64,000 nt of DNA from Eledone cirrhosa (taxonomy: Eukaryota): the NCBI GenBank assembly GCA_964016885.1, contig OZ024750.1, forward strand, positions 7,502,001-7,566,000, in the 5' to 3' direction. The notes beneath the pieces were generated by a model. It made no database searches. It saw nothing but the letters and a program-made list of their open reading frames with translations, and was not told the DNA's origin. The position numbers were made by a program, and so were the translations under genes. This document shows, one piece after another, positions 43,943 to 59,096 of the stretch. Within the stretch, counting starts at the first letter, position 1. Every line of letters starts with the position of its first letter.

Positions 43943-44161
43943 GTCTCTCATACTCCTATCTCTTTCTCCCTGTTCCCCCTTCTCTGTCCCTTACTGCCGT
44001 TATTCGGCTGCCATTCAAATTTAAAGGCTTCTTCTTCTTCTTCTTCTACTTGGTTCCTCATGGTTCCTTTTGGGTACCTGTCGTGACAAATGTTGGTGTG
44101 GTGATCTTCAAATGTATGTATGTATGTATGTATGTATGTATGTATGTATGTATGTATGTAT

Positions 44162-44775
44162 GTCAGGTCACCAGTTGATGCTACTGGTAACATGTATCCC
44201 AGTACAACCCGTCTCATGGTCGGGTCGTTGGCGACTAAACTGGCAACCCCACCAAGGTTTCTTGGTGAGGAGGGTAACTTTGGACATCCTGCAGGACTCA
44301 AAACAAAACCTGTTAAAGGGCAAAGGAGCTCTTAAGAGTCAATGGCCATCCAAAATCACCGGGAGAGATGACCCCTTAGCCTTTTTGTCAAGGCAGAATT
44401 CTAGGAGAAGGAAAACTCTGATATAACACCTGCAACCCTGATGGTATCCAATGATGTTGACTTGTTCTTCTTTTTGGTAAATATCATCTTGGTTAAGAGA
44501 GTGGGACTGGCTTTGTGCAGTGCCTTTGCTCCCTATAATAACCTTCACGGTACAGGCATTACTTTATATCTGGAGATCTCTCTGCACTTGTCATCACATG
44601 GTACCATGGGCCCAGCACTATTTGTCAATAATTGTCACAAGTGTAGTGTTTGTACCAGAGTTTTCAAGTCACTGGCTGGACTAAAAAGTCACACTCGTTC
44701 AGCGCATCGGTAGGGGTTCTCCTACATGGATATAAAGTAGTGGCCGTACTCGAAAACGAGTTGGCAGCCACCATG
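44162..44775 (+). mobile_element. Bipartite RTE-derived element retaining the C-terminal C2H2 finger (44636-44707)
   Basis: 5'UTR-like ctaggagaaggaaaactctgat; HKCSVCTRVFKSLAGLKSHTRSAH then R and stop, then 3'UTR; homologous to 2402-2755. Confidence 0.7.
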
Positions 44776-44815
44776 AACATATGTATGTATATATGTATAT
44801 ATGTATGAACATATG

Positions 44816-44848
<33 letters not shown>

Positions 44849-45249
44849 ATATATATATGTATGAACATATGTATGTATATATGTATGAACATATGTATGG
44901 ATATATATATGAACATATGTATATATATATGTATGAGTGTGTATATGTGTTAGTGTATGAGTGTATGTATGTATGAGTGTATATATATGTGTTAGTGTAT
45001 GAGTGTGTATGTATGTGTATGTATATGTATGTGTATATATGTGTATGTTTTTGTGTCAGAATGTATATATATCTCTGTCTAGTTGTGATTAAAAGTAATA
45101 ACTAATAGTTCTATGAATTAATAACTTACTGTTAAAGTATATTATACATTATGGAGATTCGTGACGAAATAAAAGAATTCCACGTTAACTTTTCTCCTCT
45201 TCTCACTCTTTCAATTTAATCATCCAGTTTTTGTTCTGTTCACAGTTCT

Positions 45250-45896
45250 ATTGTTGTTGTTGCTGTTTGTTTTTATTGTTGTTGTTATTGTTGCTGTTAT
45301 TGTTGCTGTTATTGTGGCTGTTATTGTTGTTGTGGCTGTTATTGTTGTTGTTATTGTTGTTGTGGCTGTTATTGTTGTTGTTATTGTTGCTCTTATTGTG
45401 GCTGTTATTGTTGTTGCTGCTGTTTTTGTCATTGTTGTTATTGTTGCTGTTATTGTTGTTGTTACTGTTGTTGTTATTGTTGCTGTTATTGTTGTTGTTA
45501 TTGTTGCTGTTATTGTTGTTGTTATTGTTACTGTTATTGTTGTTGTTATTGTGGCTGTTATTGTTGTTGTTGCTGTTTTTGTCATTGTTGTTATTGTTGT
45601 TGTTATTGTTGTTGTTACTGTTATTGTTGTTGTTATTGTGGCTGTTATTGTTGTTATTGCTGTTTTTGTCATTGTTGTTATTGTTGTTGTTATTGTTGTT
45701 ATTATTGCTGTTATTGTTGTTGTTATTGTGGCTGTTATTGTGGCTGTTATTGTTGTTGTTGCTGTTTTTGTCATTGTTGTTATTGTTGTTGTTATTGTTG
45801 TTACTGTTATTGTTGTTGTTATTGTGGCTGTTATTGTTGTTGCTGCTGTTTTTGTCATTGTTGTTATTGTTGTTGCTGTTATTATTGTTGTTATTG
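45250..45896. repeat. Complex (TTG/TTA/CTG)n microsatellite
   Basis: Directly visible. Confidence 0.95.
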
Positions 45897-46873
45897 GTAC
45901 TTTTGTTCTTTCTTTCTTTCTTTCTTTCTTTCTTAAAATAACCATCTTGGATTTATCCCAGTTTTCTTCAACATTACCGTTTTTCATGAAATAATAAAGA
46001 TTTCATAGAATTGTGTCAAAACAACAACAAACCGACAAAAATGAGAAACATATATAAAAGAGTTGGAATTAATTCTGGAATATTTGCTGCTCAGTCCCCG
46101 AATGTCTTAACGGAAACTTTAAATAAAATCGATAAATGGAATTGTAATATACTTTTTAGTAAATAACAATTCTACAAAAATGGTTGATTCCTAAGGCATT
46201 TTTATAAAACGTTACAGTATTTTAAATTGTTTAGAACTAATTCCCACACATATGTTAAAGAGAGAAATAGAAAGACGAAGAGAGAGAGTGTGAGATATAT
46301 ATATATATATATAGAGAGAGAGAGTGAGAGAGAGGAAGAGAGATAAAGAAATGGAGGGGGTGTGAGAGGGGAGATAGAGAGAGACAACATTATTGTCGAG
46401 GAATGAAGAGGGGGGGGGAGGACATACCTTAAGAAACGATATAAATATCTATAAAAGAAAAAAAGAAAGGAAATAAAAAAGAAAGACGAAAAGATATGAA
46501 TTCTCCATATTGTAAAATAACAGGTTAAAGTTAGATTTACTTTCGAGTGCATCTACCCTTAGGTCATATTTAGAACTTTAAAGAAAAACTCCTCAAAGCC
46601 TCGACCCATGTACAATTCCTTCTAAGTTTGAAGTACTTCACTGATTCGTAAAAATATCCACATCGCTTTTAAGTGATATCCTTAAAGAAGAATATTTTTC
46701 CTTCAGTGCAGCCCTAAATAATTCATTTTCCTTAACTGTTTAGTCCTGGAGGGAAGGGCAGTGCTCATGATGATTCCAGGGTCTCGAAGGTTAATGGAGG
46801 AAAGGTATCCTCAAACCGGAAAACTAGTACCTGTGTTTATGAAAACCTTTCTGACCTGGCAGGTAAATTGAGC

Positions 46874-47068
46874 TAATAATTGTTTCTACTTTTGGCACAA
46901 GGCCAGCAATTATCCCAGTGCATTACTGGTATTTTATTTTATCGACCCCGTAAAGATGAAAGGCAAAGTTAACCTCGGCGGAATTTAAACTCAGAATGGC
47001 AAGGGCCGTAACTCTATGCGACAAAGCATGGCGTCCAACCCTCTACCGATACTGCCAATCCACCGCCG
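46874..47068 (-). mobile_element. Young SINE, full length, probable TSD gctaataataat
   Basis: gctaataat occurs at both ends. Confidence 0.92.
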
Positions 47069-48768
47069 CTAATAATAATATCCAGTTTATATGGCTCAAT
47101 GTAGATAACAAAATGTAACCTACATTTTTTTTACTGTTTAATCAAAGAAGGGTATTATTTATGGCTATTTCCGAGGCCTCCCCGACTGGTGTGAAGGAGT
47201 AAGTTATCCTCACATCAGAGAGACCTGGTCCGAAAGCATGTTAACCCGGCTAGAATCATCTGAAAGTCAGGAGATAATGTTAAACCGAGTGGAGAATTAC
47301 GTCTAACATCCACGAATTTCTCTTTATTTCACGTTGCTCCAGTTTACTCAGCTGTAGAAATGAGATGATAGGACTGGGGTCCCTATCATTAAATTACCCA
47401 AGACACATCCAACGAGATATACCTTGGAGGAGGCCAGCTAAACCTGCATAGGTGTGAGCTGTCACACACACAAAGAGCCGGGATAACTACTGCAGAACAT
47501 CTCCGGTGTTGTAACAATTCCGTCAATTAATCGCTCTAAACTACTACTCTATTTTCACGAACTCACAAAATGACGAAAGACATATACCGCAAAGTATTGT
47601 GACATACACGCTAACGACTCTATCAATAAACACGACACATTTTGTTGTCAACACTTTTGACGGATTTTTCCTGGATAATATATAAAACACGAAGCTTCTT
47701 CTTTTCTTTTCATTTATAATGTTTGGTAAATGTTATGGTCTTACCAGATTGATTTATTGTCTACTTTTGAAAGAAAAATAAAACGATTTGATACAAATAT
47801 ATTGTTTTACCAGAGGAAAAAAAATATCCACTCACTTCTTGAATGTTTCTCTAAATCATAAGATATTAACATATCACGAAGATAAATGTTTCAAAGATAA
47901 TTCTATGTGGTGAGCATAGTACTGAAGGAAATACGTCTCAGTTAAATAAATGTATGATCCGGTTTCGATTCCAGTCATAACCATCTGAAATCAGTTAGGT
48001 AGGTAATACATTTAGAAAGCATGTGTGTTATAAATCTACACTTTCTCACCTCCTCTGAATCCGAAGCTGGAGGTTTTATATGCCATGCTCTGGTTCCTTA
48101 ACATCTGAAATAAACAGAGGTACTGTCGTTATATATGGCGTATCTTGAGCACTTTAAACCTGGTGCAGTCCATCCCTCTCCAGGTCGGAACACAGTCGAT
48201 TTCCTCCAGAGAAACATATAAAGAGAAAGCGAGTAAGAGATTACAGACTCAGAATTGAATTAATAATATATTTATCGAAATATTGAAAAGCTAAGTTACC
48301 TGAGCAGGATTTGAACCCACATCGCAGAGAACTGGAACGAATGCTTTGAAGCATTCTATCTGACGCTCTAACGATTGATTCAACAATGTTTTAGATACGA
48401 AATTAGTATGCGAATTGACACAACAGTCTAATATGGTTCAGAATGGAGAATATAGCATTGGGATTTCATTGTCTTCCCTAGCAGATGTTCATTAGCAGCG
48501 TTACTGAAGTCAATTAGTTCAAATTATTAAGATTAAATCTTTAATTGCATTCATCTTGCTTGTCTTCATCGAAATCAAAATATGTTTATCTGCTTCGTCT
48601 TGCATAGAAAAAGAAAATGAAATGAAATAGATTAAAGTGAAGGAAACTTCTACAATTCGAACTAGGAACCTCTCATTTGTTGATTGATATACCTACAGTC
48701 ATATTTGCATAAATTCCATCAATTTGCACGAGGAAAATTGTAAGGAAAAATATAGTTACAATTAATTG

Positions 48769-48968
48769 NNNNNNNNNNNNNNNNNNNNNNNNNNNNNNNN
48801 NNNNNNNNNNNNNNNNNNNNNNNNNNNNNNNNNNNNNNNNNNNNNNNNNNNNNNNNNNNNNNNNNNNNNNNNNNNNNNNNNNNNNNNNNNNNNNNNNNNN
48901 NNNNNNNNNNNNNNNNNNNNNNNNNNNNNNNNNNNNNNNNNNNNNNNNNNNNNNNNNNNNNNNNNNNN
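48769..48968. other. Assembly gap (200 N)
   Basis: N run. Confidence 1.
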
Positions 48969-49542
48969 CCAGCAATAATCCCAGTGTATTACTGGTACTT
49001 TATTTTATCGACCCTGTAAAGTTGAAAGGCAAAGTTAACCTTGGCAGGATTTGAACTCAGACGATAAAGGGCCGTAACTCTTTGCGTCAAAGCATGGCGT
49101 CCGACCCTCTACCGATACTGCCAATCCACCGCCCTTATGTTATAATAATAATAATAATAATAATTGTTTCTACTTTAGGCACAAGGCCAGCAATTATCCA
49201 GTACATTACTGGTACTTTATTTTATCGACCCCGTAAGGATGAAAGGCAAAGTTAATCTCGGCGGGATTTGAACTCAGACTGTAAAGGGACGTAACTGTGC
49301 TAGAAAGCATGGCGTCCAACCCTCTACCGATACTGCCAATTCACTGCCCTTTATAATAATAATTGTTTCTACTTTAGGCACAAGGCCTGCAATTACCCAG
49401 TGCATTACTGGTTCTTTATTTTATCGACCCCGTAAGGATGAAAGGCAAAGTCAACCTCGGCGAGATTTGAACTAACTGGGATCGTAAAGGGACGTAACTA
49501 TGCTGGAAAGCATGGCCTCCGACCCTCTACCGATACTGCCAA
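48969..49542 (-). mobile_element. Three tandem young SINEs
   Basis: Copies at 48969-49134, 49141-49350 and 49353-49542, joined through (AAT)n. Confidence 0.93.
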
Positions 49543-49564
49543 TAATATAATAATAATAATGATG

Positions 49565-50592
<1,028 letters not shown>

Positions 50593-50814
50593 TCAAGTTT
50601 AGTGGTTCACAACTGGATAGTGTTTTTGCAACAATAAAACTTTAAGGGAACTGCATCAGCCCGGCCTCCTGTTATTTACCTGAAACTAATATATATATAT
50701 ATATATATATTTGAAAAGGGGTAAGGTTGTATGTATGTAAATAAAATTTGTATTTTATTTCTCGCCCTAGCATACGTATGCATACTTACATTTATATATA
50801 TATATATATACATG

Positions 50815-50887
<73 letters not shown>

Positions 50888-51444
50888 ATATATATACATA
50901 CCACATATATATATATATACCACAATGAATATGCTGTCATCGGTTTCATTTTAGTGAAACGTAACATTTTCCTTATCTTTTTGTCAAAGCAGAAGGAAAA
51001 CTTCAATGTCGTTTCCAAATTCAATTACGATCTTACAGACGATTGGCATAGCAAAATCTGGACACAACTGATTTCATATCAATTGTGAAAACGTTGTTGT
51101 AGGATTATTAATGAAATATAAATCACAATTCTTATCAGATCCTCTTTTATTTGATTGCATGCAAAATAGAATGATACCGTTAAAATTGATTAATCTTGCT
51201 ATGGTATTGCGTGTTGCATATCTATATTACTAAATAATTGTAAATATAAATAACCAAGACACATACTTACATACAGTAATAGATATGGCTCTATTGTACA
51301 TGTCTGTATTTATATATTTATATTAGTGATTGTCTCTCAGTGGGAGGGTTTTGAACACAGCCAATATTCCGAAATTTCTACAATATCGATTATTACAGAA
51401 AGGGCATGCGTGAGTTGTTCGATTTGCTTAAAATAACAGCTAAA

Positions 51445-52121
51445 GTTTCTTCAAATTATACCGTAGTTTCTTTAAAATGAACACATTTCGGAAAAGAATA
51501 ATAATTGTTTCTACTTTAGGCACAAGGCCAGCAATTACCCAGTGCATTACTGGTACTTTATTTTATCGACCCCGTAAGGATGAAAGGCAAAGTCAACCTC
51601 GGCGGGATTTGAACTCAGATCTTAAAGGGACGTAACTATGCTGGAAAGCATGGCGTCCGACCCTCTACCGATACTGCCAATATCGTCTGCAAAGAAAACT
51701 TTACCAAGAATTGCACTTCTCAGTTGTATGCTTAAAATAAGAGTTATGTTTTTTTCAAATCACACTCTAGTTTCTTTAAAATGAACACATTTCTGAAATG
51801 AATAATAATATCGTCTGCTAAGAAAACTTTACCAAGAAATGTACTCCTCAGTTGTATGCTTAAATTACTAAGTTGTTTCTTCAAATTATACCGTAGTTTC
51901 TTTAAAATGAACACATTTCTTAAAAGAATAATAATTGTTTCTACTTTTGGCACAAGGCCAGCAATTACCCAGTGCATTACTGGTACTTTATTTTATCGAC
52001 CCCGTAGGGATGAAAGGCAAAGTTAACCTCGGCGGGAAAGAATAATAATGTCGTCTGCGAAAGAATAATAATGTCGTCTGCAAAGAAAACTTTACCAAGA
52101 AATGTACTCCTCAGTTGTATG
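51445..52121. repeat. Three copies of an about 126-bp tandem unit; SINEs on - at 51505-51678 and 51936-52036 in copies 1 and 3
   Basis: Empty site gaataataatatcgtctgc in copy 2 (51800-51818). Confidence 0.88.
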
Positions 52122-53025
52122 TGAACAGCGATTTATTTGAAAGTGATCAACCTCTCGTTTAACTCTTTAGCATTTAAACCAGCCATATCCAGCTAGAATT
52201 CTCTGACTTCTTTTTGTTCAAACTGGCCGTAACTAGCCACCCATGCTGATGTTAAGGTATTTTTCTCAAAATAAATAATATCAAAATCTTGTAGATTTGA
52301 TATTATGTAAGATAAAGTGTTTACCGTGAAAATACAATAGTATATATATATATAGAGTAATGTAAATGTTAAAAGGTTAATATCATTTTTCTTTGTGCTT
52401 AATAACATTGGTGGGGCTAAAGTCTTGAGCCTCTGACGTAGAACTATTCTTGTGACGCTAAACTCCGCCATTGCCCACAAGGTTCGATATAGACCTCAAA
52501 CACAGAAGCAATGTTTCCCTTGTGAAAGAAGTGTATGATATTCATGATTCGGTTCAGCATATAGAGATTTACATCATAACAGACATTGTCATGCCCGCAA
52601 ATATTAGGAATAAATCTTGTTATAGCTCGCAGAACGTTTATAACTGCCCCCAGCCTAAATATTATATTTATATTTCATCTAATGCAGTATTCATGTCAGG
52701 ATAAATAAACCTGTTTTGATTCTGGTGATCAGATTCAAAATAGGATTAATTCTATAAAACAATAACTGTTGTTTTTGTTCTTGTTCTTGTTAGTGATGTT
52801 ATTGTTGTTATTGTTATTGTTATTGATGTTCTTATTGTTGTTGTTTGTTCCTGTTCGTTTCTTTCCTGACGTGTTTCCATCATGTCGTCCGTTAATTATT
52901 CATTTCAGATGAAATGGTTTCATTCTCTCCCAATTGTCAATATATTTTCATTATATACCCCGTCTACATACTTCCGGTCACACTAGATCATTGGACATTA
53001 TCTGGTTTCATTTGCCTTATGTATC

Positions 53026-53026
<1 letters not shown>

Positions 53027-53057
<31 letters not shown>

Positions 53058-53298
53058 TGTATGTATGTATGTATGTATGTATGTATGTATGTATGTATGT
53101 ATTATATATATAATGTATGTATGTATGTATGTATGTATGTATGTATGTATGTATGTATGTATATAAATATATATATATATATATATAAATGTATGTATGT
53201 ATGTATGTATGTATGTATGTATGTATGTATGTATATAAATATATATATATATAAATGTATGTATGTATGTATGTTGTATGTATGTATGTATGTATAAA

Positions 53299-53331
<33 letters not shown>

Positions 53332-53755
53332 TGTATGTATAAATATATGTATGTATGTATATATATATATGTATGTATGTATATATAATGTATGTATGTA
53401 TATATATATAAATATATGTATGGTATGTATATATATATATGTATGTATATATATATATAAATATATATATATATATGTGTATGTATATATGTATATATAT
53501 ATATATGTATATATATGTATATATATATATATGTATATATATGTATATATATATATATGTATATATATGTATATATATATATATGTATATATGTATATGT
53601 ATATATATGTATATATGTATATATATATATATGTATATGTATATATATACATATGTATATATTTATATGTATATATATGTATATATGTATATATGTATAT
53701 ATATTATGTATATGTATATATATGTATATATGTATATATGTATATATGTATATGT

Positions 53756-53787
<32 letters not shown>

Positions 53788-53808
53788 GTATATATATATT
53801 ATATATAT

Positions 53809-53844
<36 letters not shown>

Positions 53845-53921
53845 TGTAAATGTATATATATATATAGTATGTATATGTATATATATATGTATATGTATAT
53901 ATATATATGTATATGCATGCA

Positions 53922-53952
<31 letters not shown>

Positions 53953-53953
53953 G

Positions 53954-53986
<33 letters not shown>

Positions 53987-54115
53987 ATGTATATGCATAT
54001 ATATATATGTATATGTATGTATATATATATAAATGTATTTATATGTATATATGTACATGTAAGTGTGTATGAGTATGTATGTGTGTATATATATATATTA
54101 TATATATATATATAT
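53027..54115. repeat. (TATG)n/(TA)n array
   Basis: Directly visible. Confidence 0.97.
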
Positions 54116-54373
54116 AGTATATGGTTAAGCTGTTAGCTTCACAAACGAGAGATTCAGCGTTCGATTCCGATGTGTGGTATATTGGGAAAGTATCTTTACT
54201 ATAACCTCGGGTCGACACACTCCTTTTGAATGTAATTAGAGATGGACTTGACCACCTTGGGTGGACCCTACCTCTACTTCAATTGGTCACCCTCCCACTA
54301 CACTTTTATATGGCATATAACGTGTTCTATGCTACACAATTGTTGCTGTCATTGTTTATATCTAGGGCAGTGA

Positions 54374-54545
54374 GGGTGGTGGATTGGCAGTATCGGTAGA
54401 GGGTCGGACATGATTTCCAGCATAGAGTTACGGCCCTTTACATTCTGAGTTCATATCCCGCCGAGGTTAACTTTGCCTTTCCTCCTTACATGGTCGATAA
54501 AATAAAGTACCAGTAATGCACTGGGTAATTGCTGGCCTTGTGCCT
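54374..54545 (+). mobile_element. Young SINE
   Basis: A/B boxes and core. Confidence 0.9.
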
Positions 54546-55478
54546 ATATAAAAAATCTTTATTTATATCCAGGACAGCACTGTTTAGGCAGAACCATTAT
54601 GAAAACCACTTACTCATTAAAGACCCTGTCCTTTTCTATATATAGAACAACATTAACAAATGTTCCTTTCTGTTTTAAATAGGAAGGATATTTCTTGAGT
54701 GAAGATTTGGTTGCTATTTTTAACAAGGAGAACGATCCCATGTTTCTCTGTTTTGGAATATGTAACAAAATATATGAATTAATTAATTTTGAAATATAAC
54801 ACATTTCTATAAAAGCCAATTAGCTTTGTGACATCATAAACCCCTGTCTTCCACAAATTAGTAATCGTCTTTTATACAATCAAAGAAACTCCAAGAAAAA
54901 ATAATCAATGTTGCTACCATTTGATGTCTTTGATGGACGATCCTGCTACAAACAAGGATGCCTGAAGGATGTTTCATTAAATTAACAACAGGAAACGAAA
55001 TACTATCAAAGCTCTGTTGTAATTAACGTTAGTCTTTATAATTGTCTTTCTGTTTTCAATACTGGAGTTAAATAGGAAAAATAAAACAATAGATTTGGTT
55101 TGTTTTTCCCATTGTTGTCTGTGGTAAACACGTCATTTTTCTTAAATCTCTCACGTGATCGTTTGTCTGCCAGGCAATTTGGGAAATTATCTTACCGACC
55201 CTTCCTCCACCTACCACCCCTACCACCAAAGTTACAATAATATAATAACAAAATTCCTCAATAGTGGGGAGCACCATTAAGGGGTAATTTAGGGGCCTCA
55301 TAGACCCGATCAACAAAAGTACCATAGGCCAGCACACATCTCCCCTTTGTTTTCTCCAGCATACTGGAGGATGCGAAGAGTGGCTCCATTCACTACGGCC
55401 GCCATTCTTGCAACATTCATTAACGTTTTAACAAATATAATGAGTGGGTGGCCCACACACACATATATATATATATAT

Positions 55479-55537
<59 letters not shown>

Positions 55538-55569
55538 ATATATATATATGTAAGGTGGTCGTGTAGGGC

Positions 55570-55760
55570 ACACGGTAAAAAGGCTCCCAGTCCACACTGT
55601 AAACGTGGTTGGTGTTAGGAAGGGCATCCATCCGTAGAAAACCTGCCAAAGACACTTCCGTCTCCTGACCATTTTCGCATCAAATGGAACAAAACCGTCT
55701 AAGCCATGCTAGCGTGGAAGATGGACGTTAAACGATGATGATGATGATGATGATGATGAT
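55570..55760 (+). mobile_element. RTE-related SINE 3' part with (GAT)n tail
   Basis: ggttggtgttaggaagggcatcca...ccatgctagcgtggaagatggacgttaaacgatgatg. Confidence 0.7.
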
Positions 55761-55909
55761 AAATGGCTTTTCTACAGGACTAGGGCTTTTTTGATGATTT
55801 CTCCCGAATGAAGCAGTTCTAGTCCTGTAGAAGCCATTTCTATATTAAATATTTATACTCTGCTATGTATTGAGTACCTTACTTACTGTGATTGCCCCCG
55901 GTTGAACCC

Positions 55910-55918
<9 letters not shown>
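55761..55918 (+). mobile_element. Family A element with decayed HHR and 23-bp inverted arm
   Basis: ggcttt t TTGATGA tttctcccgaat GAAG cag..ctg TA gaagcc; homologous to 23201-23326. Confidence 0.85.
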
Positions 55919-55966
<48 letters not shown>

Positions 55967-56178
55967 GTATGTATATATATATATGTATGTATGTATATAT
56001 ATATATGTATGTATGTATGTATATATATATATGTATGTATATATATATATATGTATGTATGTATATATATATATGTATGTATGTATATATATATATATGT
56101 ATGTATATATATATATATGTATGCATGTATATATATATATATGTATGCATGTATATATATATATGTATGTATGTATAT

Positions 56179-56219
<41 letters not shown>

Positions 56220-56287
56220 TATGTATATGTATATATGTATGTATATGTATATATGTATGTATATATATATATATGTATATATGTATG

Positions 56288-56382
<95 letters not shown>

Positions 56383-56399
56383 TATATAGAGAGAGAGAG

Positions 56400-56530
56400 A
56401 TTGGGAGTTACCAGTTTAGACTAGTAGGACCACTGTTCACTTTAGTACTCAATACCTAAGATAGTAGAGTGTAGTTATTGTAATGAGTTGCTGCCCTACG
56501 ACTGAGCTCTTGCTGTTTCGACGGTGGGTG
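56400..56530 (-). mobile_element. Diverged family B-like element
   Basis: gtcGAAAcagcaagagctcagtcgTA; GTATTGAGTACT at 56444-56455 on -. Confidence 0.65.
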
Positions 56531-56911
56531 GAGAACGGAATAGTGTAGTCACTCCAATGAAGGAGGTGGTCCTGGTGGAATTGGCAGGTAGTAAGTGGGA
56601 ACAAGTGAAGAACTGGGTGAAGCAGGGAGTTCGGCTTGGTAGGTTCTGGTGACTTTTATGGCTTCTAACTTCAACTTTATCTCATTTCTGCGACTCGAAC
56701 TTTCAAAGAATCTCCCTGTAAGTGTGTATGTTTGTGTGTGTGTGTTTGTGTATGTTTGTGTGTGTGTGTTTTTGTGTGTGTGTTTTTGTGTGTGTGTGTG
56801 TATGTGTATGTTTGTGTGTGTGTGTTTGTGAGTGTGTGTTTTTGTGAGTGTTTGTGTGTTTGTGCGTGTGTGTGTTTTGTGTAGTGTGTGTGTCTGTGTG
56901 TTTGTTTGTAT

Positions 56912-56943
<32 letters not shown>

Positions 56944-57181
56944 TTGTGTGTGTGTGTCTGTGTGTTTGTGTGTATGTGTGTGTTTTTATGACTGTTCGTG
57001 TGTTTGTGCGTGTGTGTTTCTGTGTGTTTGTGTGTCTGCGTATGTGTTTGTGTGTGTGCTTGTGTGAGTGTGTGTGCGTGCGTGCGAGTGCGTGCGCGCG
57101 CGTGCGTGTGTTTGTGTGACTGAGTATGTGTGTGTGTTTACGTGGCGAAGACTATGTGCTGAAATTTTTATTGTTGTGTGG

Positions 57182-57230
<49 letters not shown>

Positions 57231-57766
57231 GCATGCGTGTGTGTTATTAAGTGTTGGTGTGTATGTGTGTGATAGTCAACCAGTGAGGTGTCTAGGTAAA
57301 TGTTGGAGAAACTAAGGCGATGAAGATGGCGACGAAAGCGACCCCGATGTCCTCGGAGTTGGATAAGATCAAAGCTCTAATATTTACTGTTGTATGTGAA
57401 TGTGTATAGCTGTTGTTTATGTTGTTGTTTATGGCTTATTTTGATGTGTGAATATGTCTTGTGTAGGTGTTCTTATTACCTTGTATGTGAGTGGTTTTAT
57501 TATCTTGTGTGTGTGTGTGTGTGTGTGGTAGATGTGTAGTTGTCCTGTTTCTCTTAAAGCGTGTAACGGTTGTTTGAGTTTACGATTTAGTTGTGTTTGC
57601 ATGCTGTGGGTGTGTTGTGTGGTTCTGTGGTTGTTGTGTGTGTAGGGGGTGGGGTGGGGATGGGGTGGGGTGGCTGTGTTTTTCTTTGTGTGATGTGTGT
57701 GTATTTACATATATATATGTATGCACATATATGTATATATATATGTGTATATACACACACATATGT

Positions 57767-57838
<72 letters not shown>

Positions 57839-57912
57839 ACACATATATATATATATATATAAGTATTGATTAAATCTTAACCATTTAACATCTCAGGGTA
57901 TGTCACGTATCA

Positions 57913-57973
57913 TTATATTTTGTCTGATGAGGACGTACTGTTGTAGATCCGAAATATGTGTAACAAAATGTAA
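57913..57973 (+). ncRNA. Hammerhead ribozyme (intact core, GUA triplet)
   Basis: ttatattttgt CTGATGA gga cg tac[tgtt]gta ga tcc GAAA tatgtg TA acaaaatgtaa; 11-bp stem I with one G.U. Confidence 0.9.
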
Positions 57974-58086
57974 TTGATCAAAAGAACATCTATTTTATTA
58001 ATACTTATATTTTAATATATATATATATATATATAAAATAAATTAAAATAAATAAGTCAAATATTTAAAATTTGGCTTCGTTTATT

Positions 58087-58141
58087 ACTGCTATATATAT
58101 TTCGGTGACAGCCATCTTTGGTTGTGACCTCTTCAGGCAGT
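58087..58141 (-). ncRNA. Hammerhead ribozyme (intact CUGAAGA core)
   Basis: Minus strand: actgc CTGAAGA ggt cacaacca[aaga]tggctgtc acc GAAA tatata TA gcagt. Confidence 0.9.
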
Positions 58142-58355
58142 CCGAATTAGTGTGGTAGAGACGAGTACACATGTTGTTGAGGTGTTTAACTTTGTCAATA
58201 CTCTGATATGTCCAGTTCCTGGTTGGATTTTTGTTTCTATGATTCCGGTTCCTCTCATAGAAACAAAAACCCAACCAGGAAGTGGGCATATCAGAATATT
58301 GACAAAGTTAAACGCCTCAACAACATGTGTACTCGTCTCTACCACACTAATTCGG

Positions 58356-58410
58356 ACTGCCTGAATAGGTCACAGCCAAAGATGGCTGTCACCGAAATAT
58401 ATATAGCAGT
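58356..58410 (+). ncRNA. Mirror hammerhead with G8->U core mutation (CTGAATA), probably inactive
   Basis: Same fold as 58087-58141. Confidence 0.8.
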
Positions 58411-58886
58411 AATAAACGAAGCCAAATTTTAAATATTTGACTTATTTATTTTAATTTATTTTACATTACTCCGGAGTAACCAAACCAACCAAACCAACCT
58501 GCGCACTTCGTCGAGTGCTCCAATCCTCATACTGAGGTGTTGGTAAACAACCAACATATACTCAATATATATATATATATATTTATAATATTTATATAAT
58601 TGCAAGTAAAAACCGTTGGTTGATCAATTAATCGACCAACTGTAGTGTAAACAGGCGTAGCTACTCTACGGCGTGGGTATCTAAAATATTACCTATACGG
58701 TATCAAAAGGAGTTTCTATATATATACATAAAATCTCATAAAATAATACAACTGGTTTTTCCACATTTAACATATTGTTAGCACCCCAAACACTTAAATT
58801 GGGTTTATATTTTAATATAACCTAATGTTTGTTGAGTGAGATAGTTACCAGTCAGAGTTTAGCTTTAAACTATCTCTGTTATTGTA

Positions 58887-58968
<82 letters not shown>

Positions 58969-59011
58969 AAAGGATAACAAGGACGATTGGTTACTCATTA
59001 CATTTATTGGT

Positions 59012-59096
59012 GGTGACGCGCGTTTCGCCATTGATCAGCTCAAGATTCGATCTGTATCGATCTTACCCGATTCAATAATCGGCAGCTCGACGGACC
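59012..59096 (-). ncRNA. Decayed HHR with canonical GAAA-cgcgcg-UC half and long stem II
   Basis: Minus strand: ggt CCGTCGA gc[long hairpin]gc GAAA cgcgcg TC acc; tail runs to (TA)n at about 58966. Confidence 0.65.

Larger units (their letters stand above)
58034..58565. mobile_element. Asymmetric palindrome (209-bp arms 58034-58242 and 58255-58463, tail to the right) with two HHRs
   Basis: About 7 mismatches between arms; both ends abut (TA)n. Confidence 0.92.

Noticed and set aside
48050-48104. 55-bp candidate minus-strand exon with good tttcag and gtgaga signals (MLRNQSMAYKTSSFGFRG)
   Set aside because: Splice signals alone are not enough and the peptide is not recognisable
54962-55010. 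CTGAAGGA t gtttc..gaaac GAAA tacta TC
   Set aside because: Core insertion and no stem I
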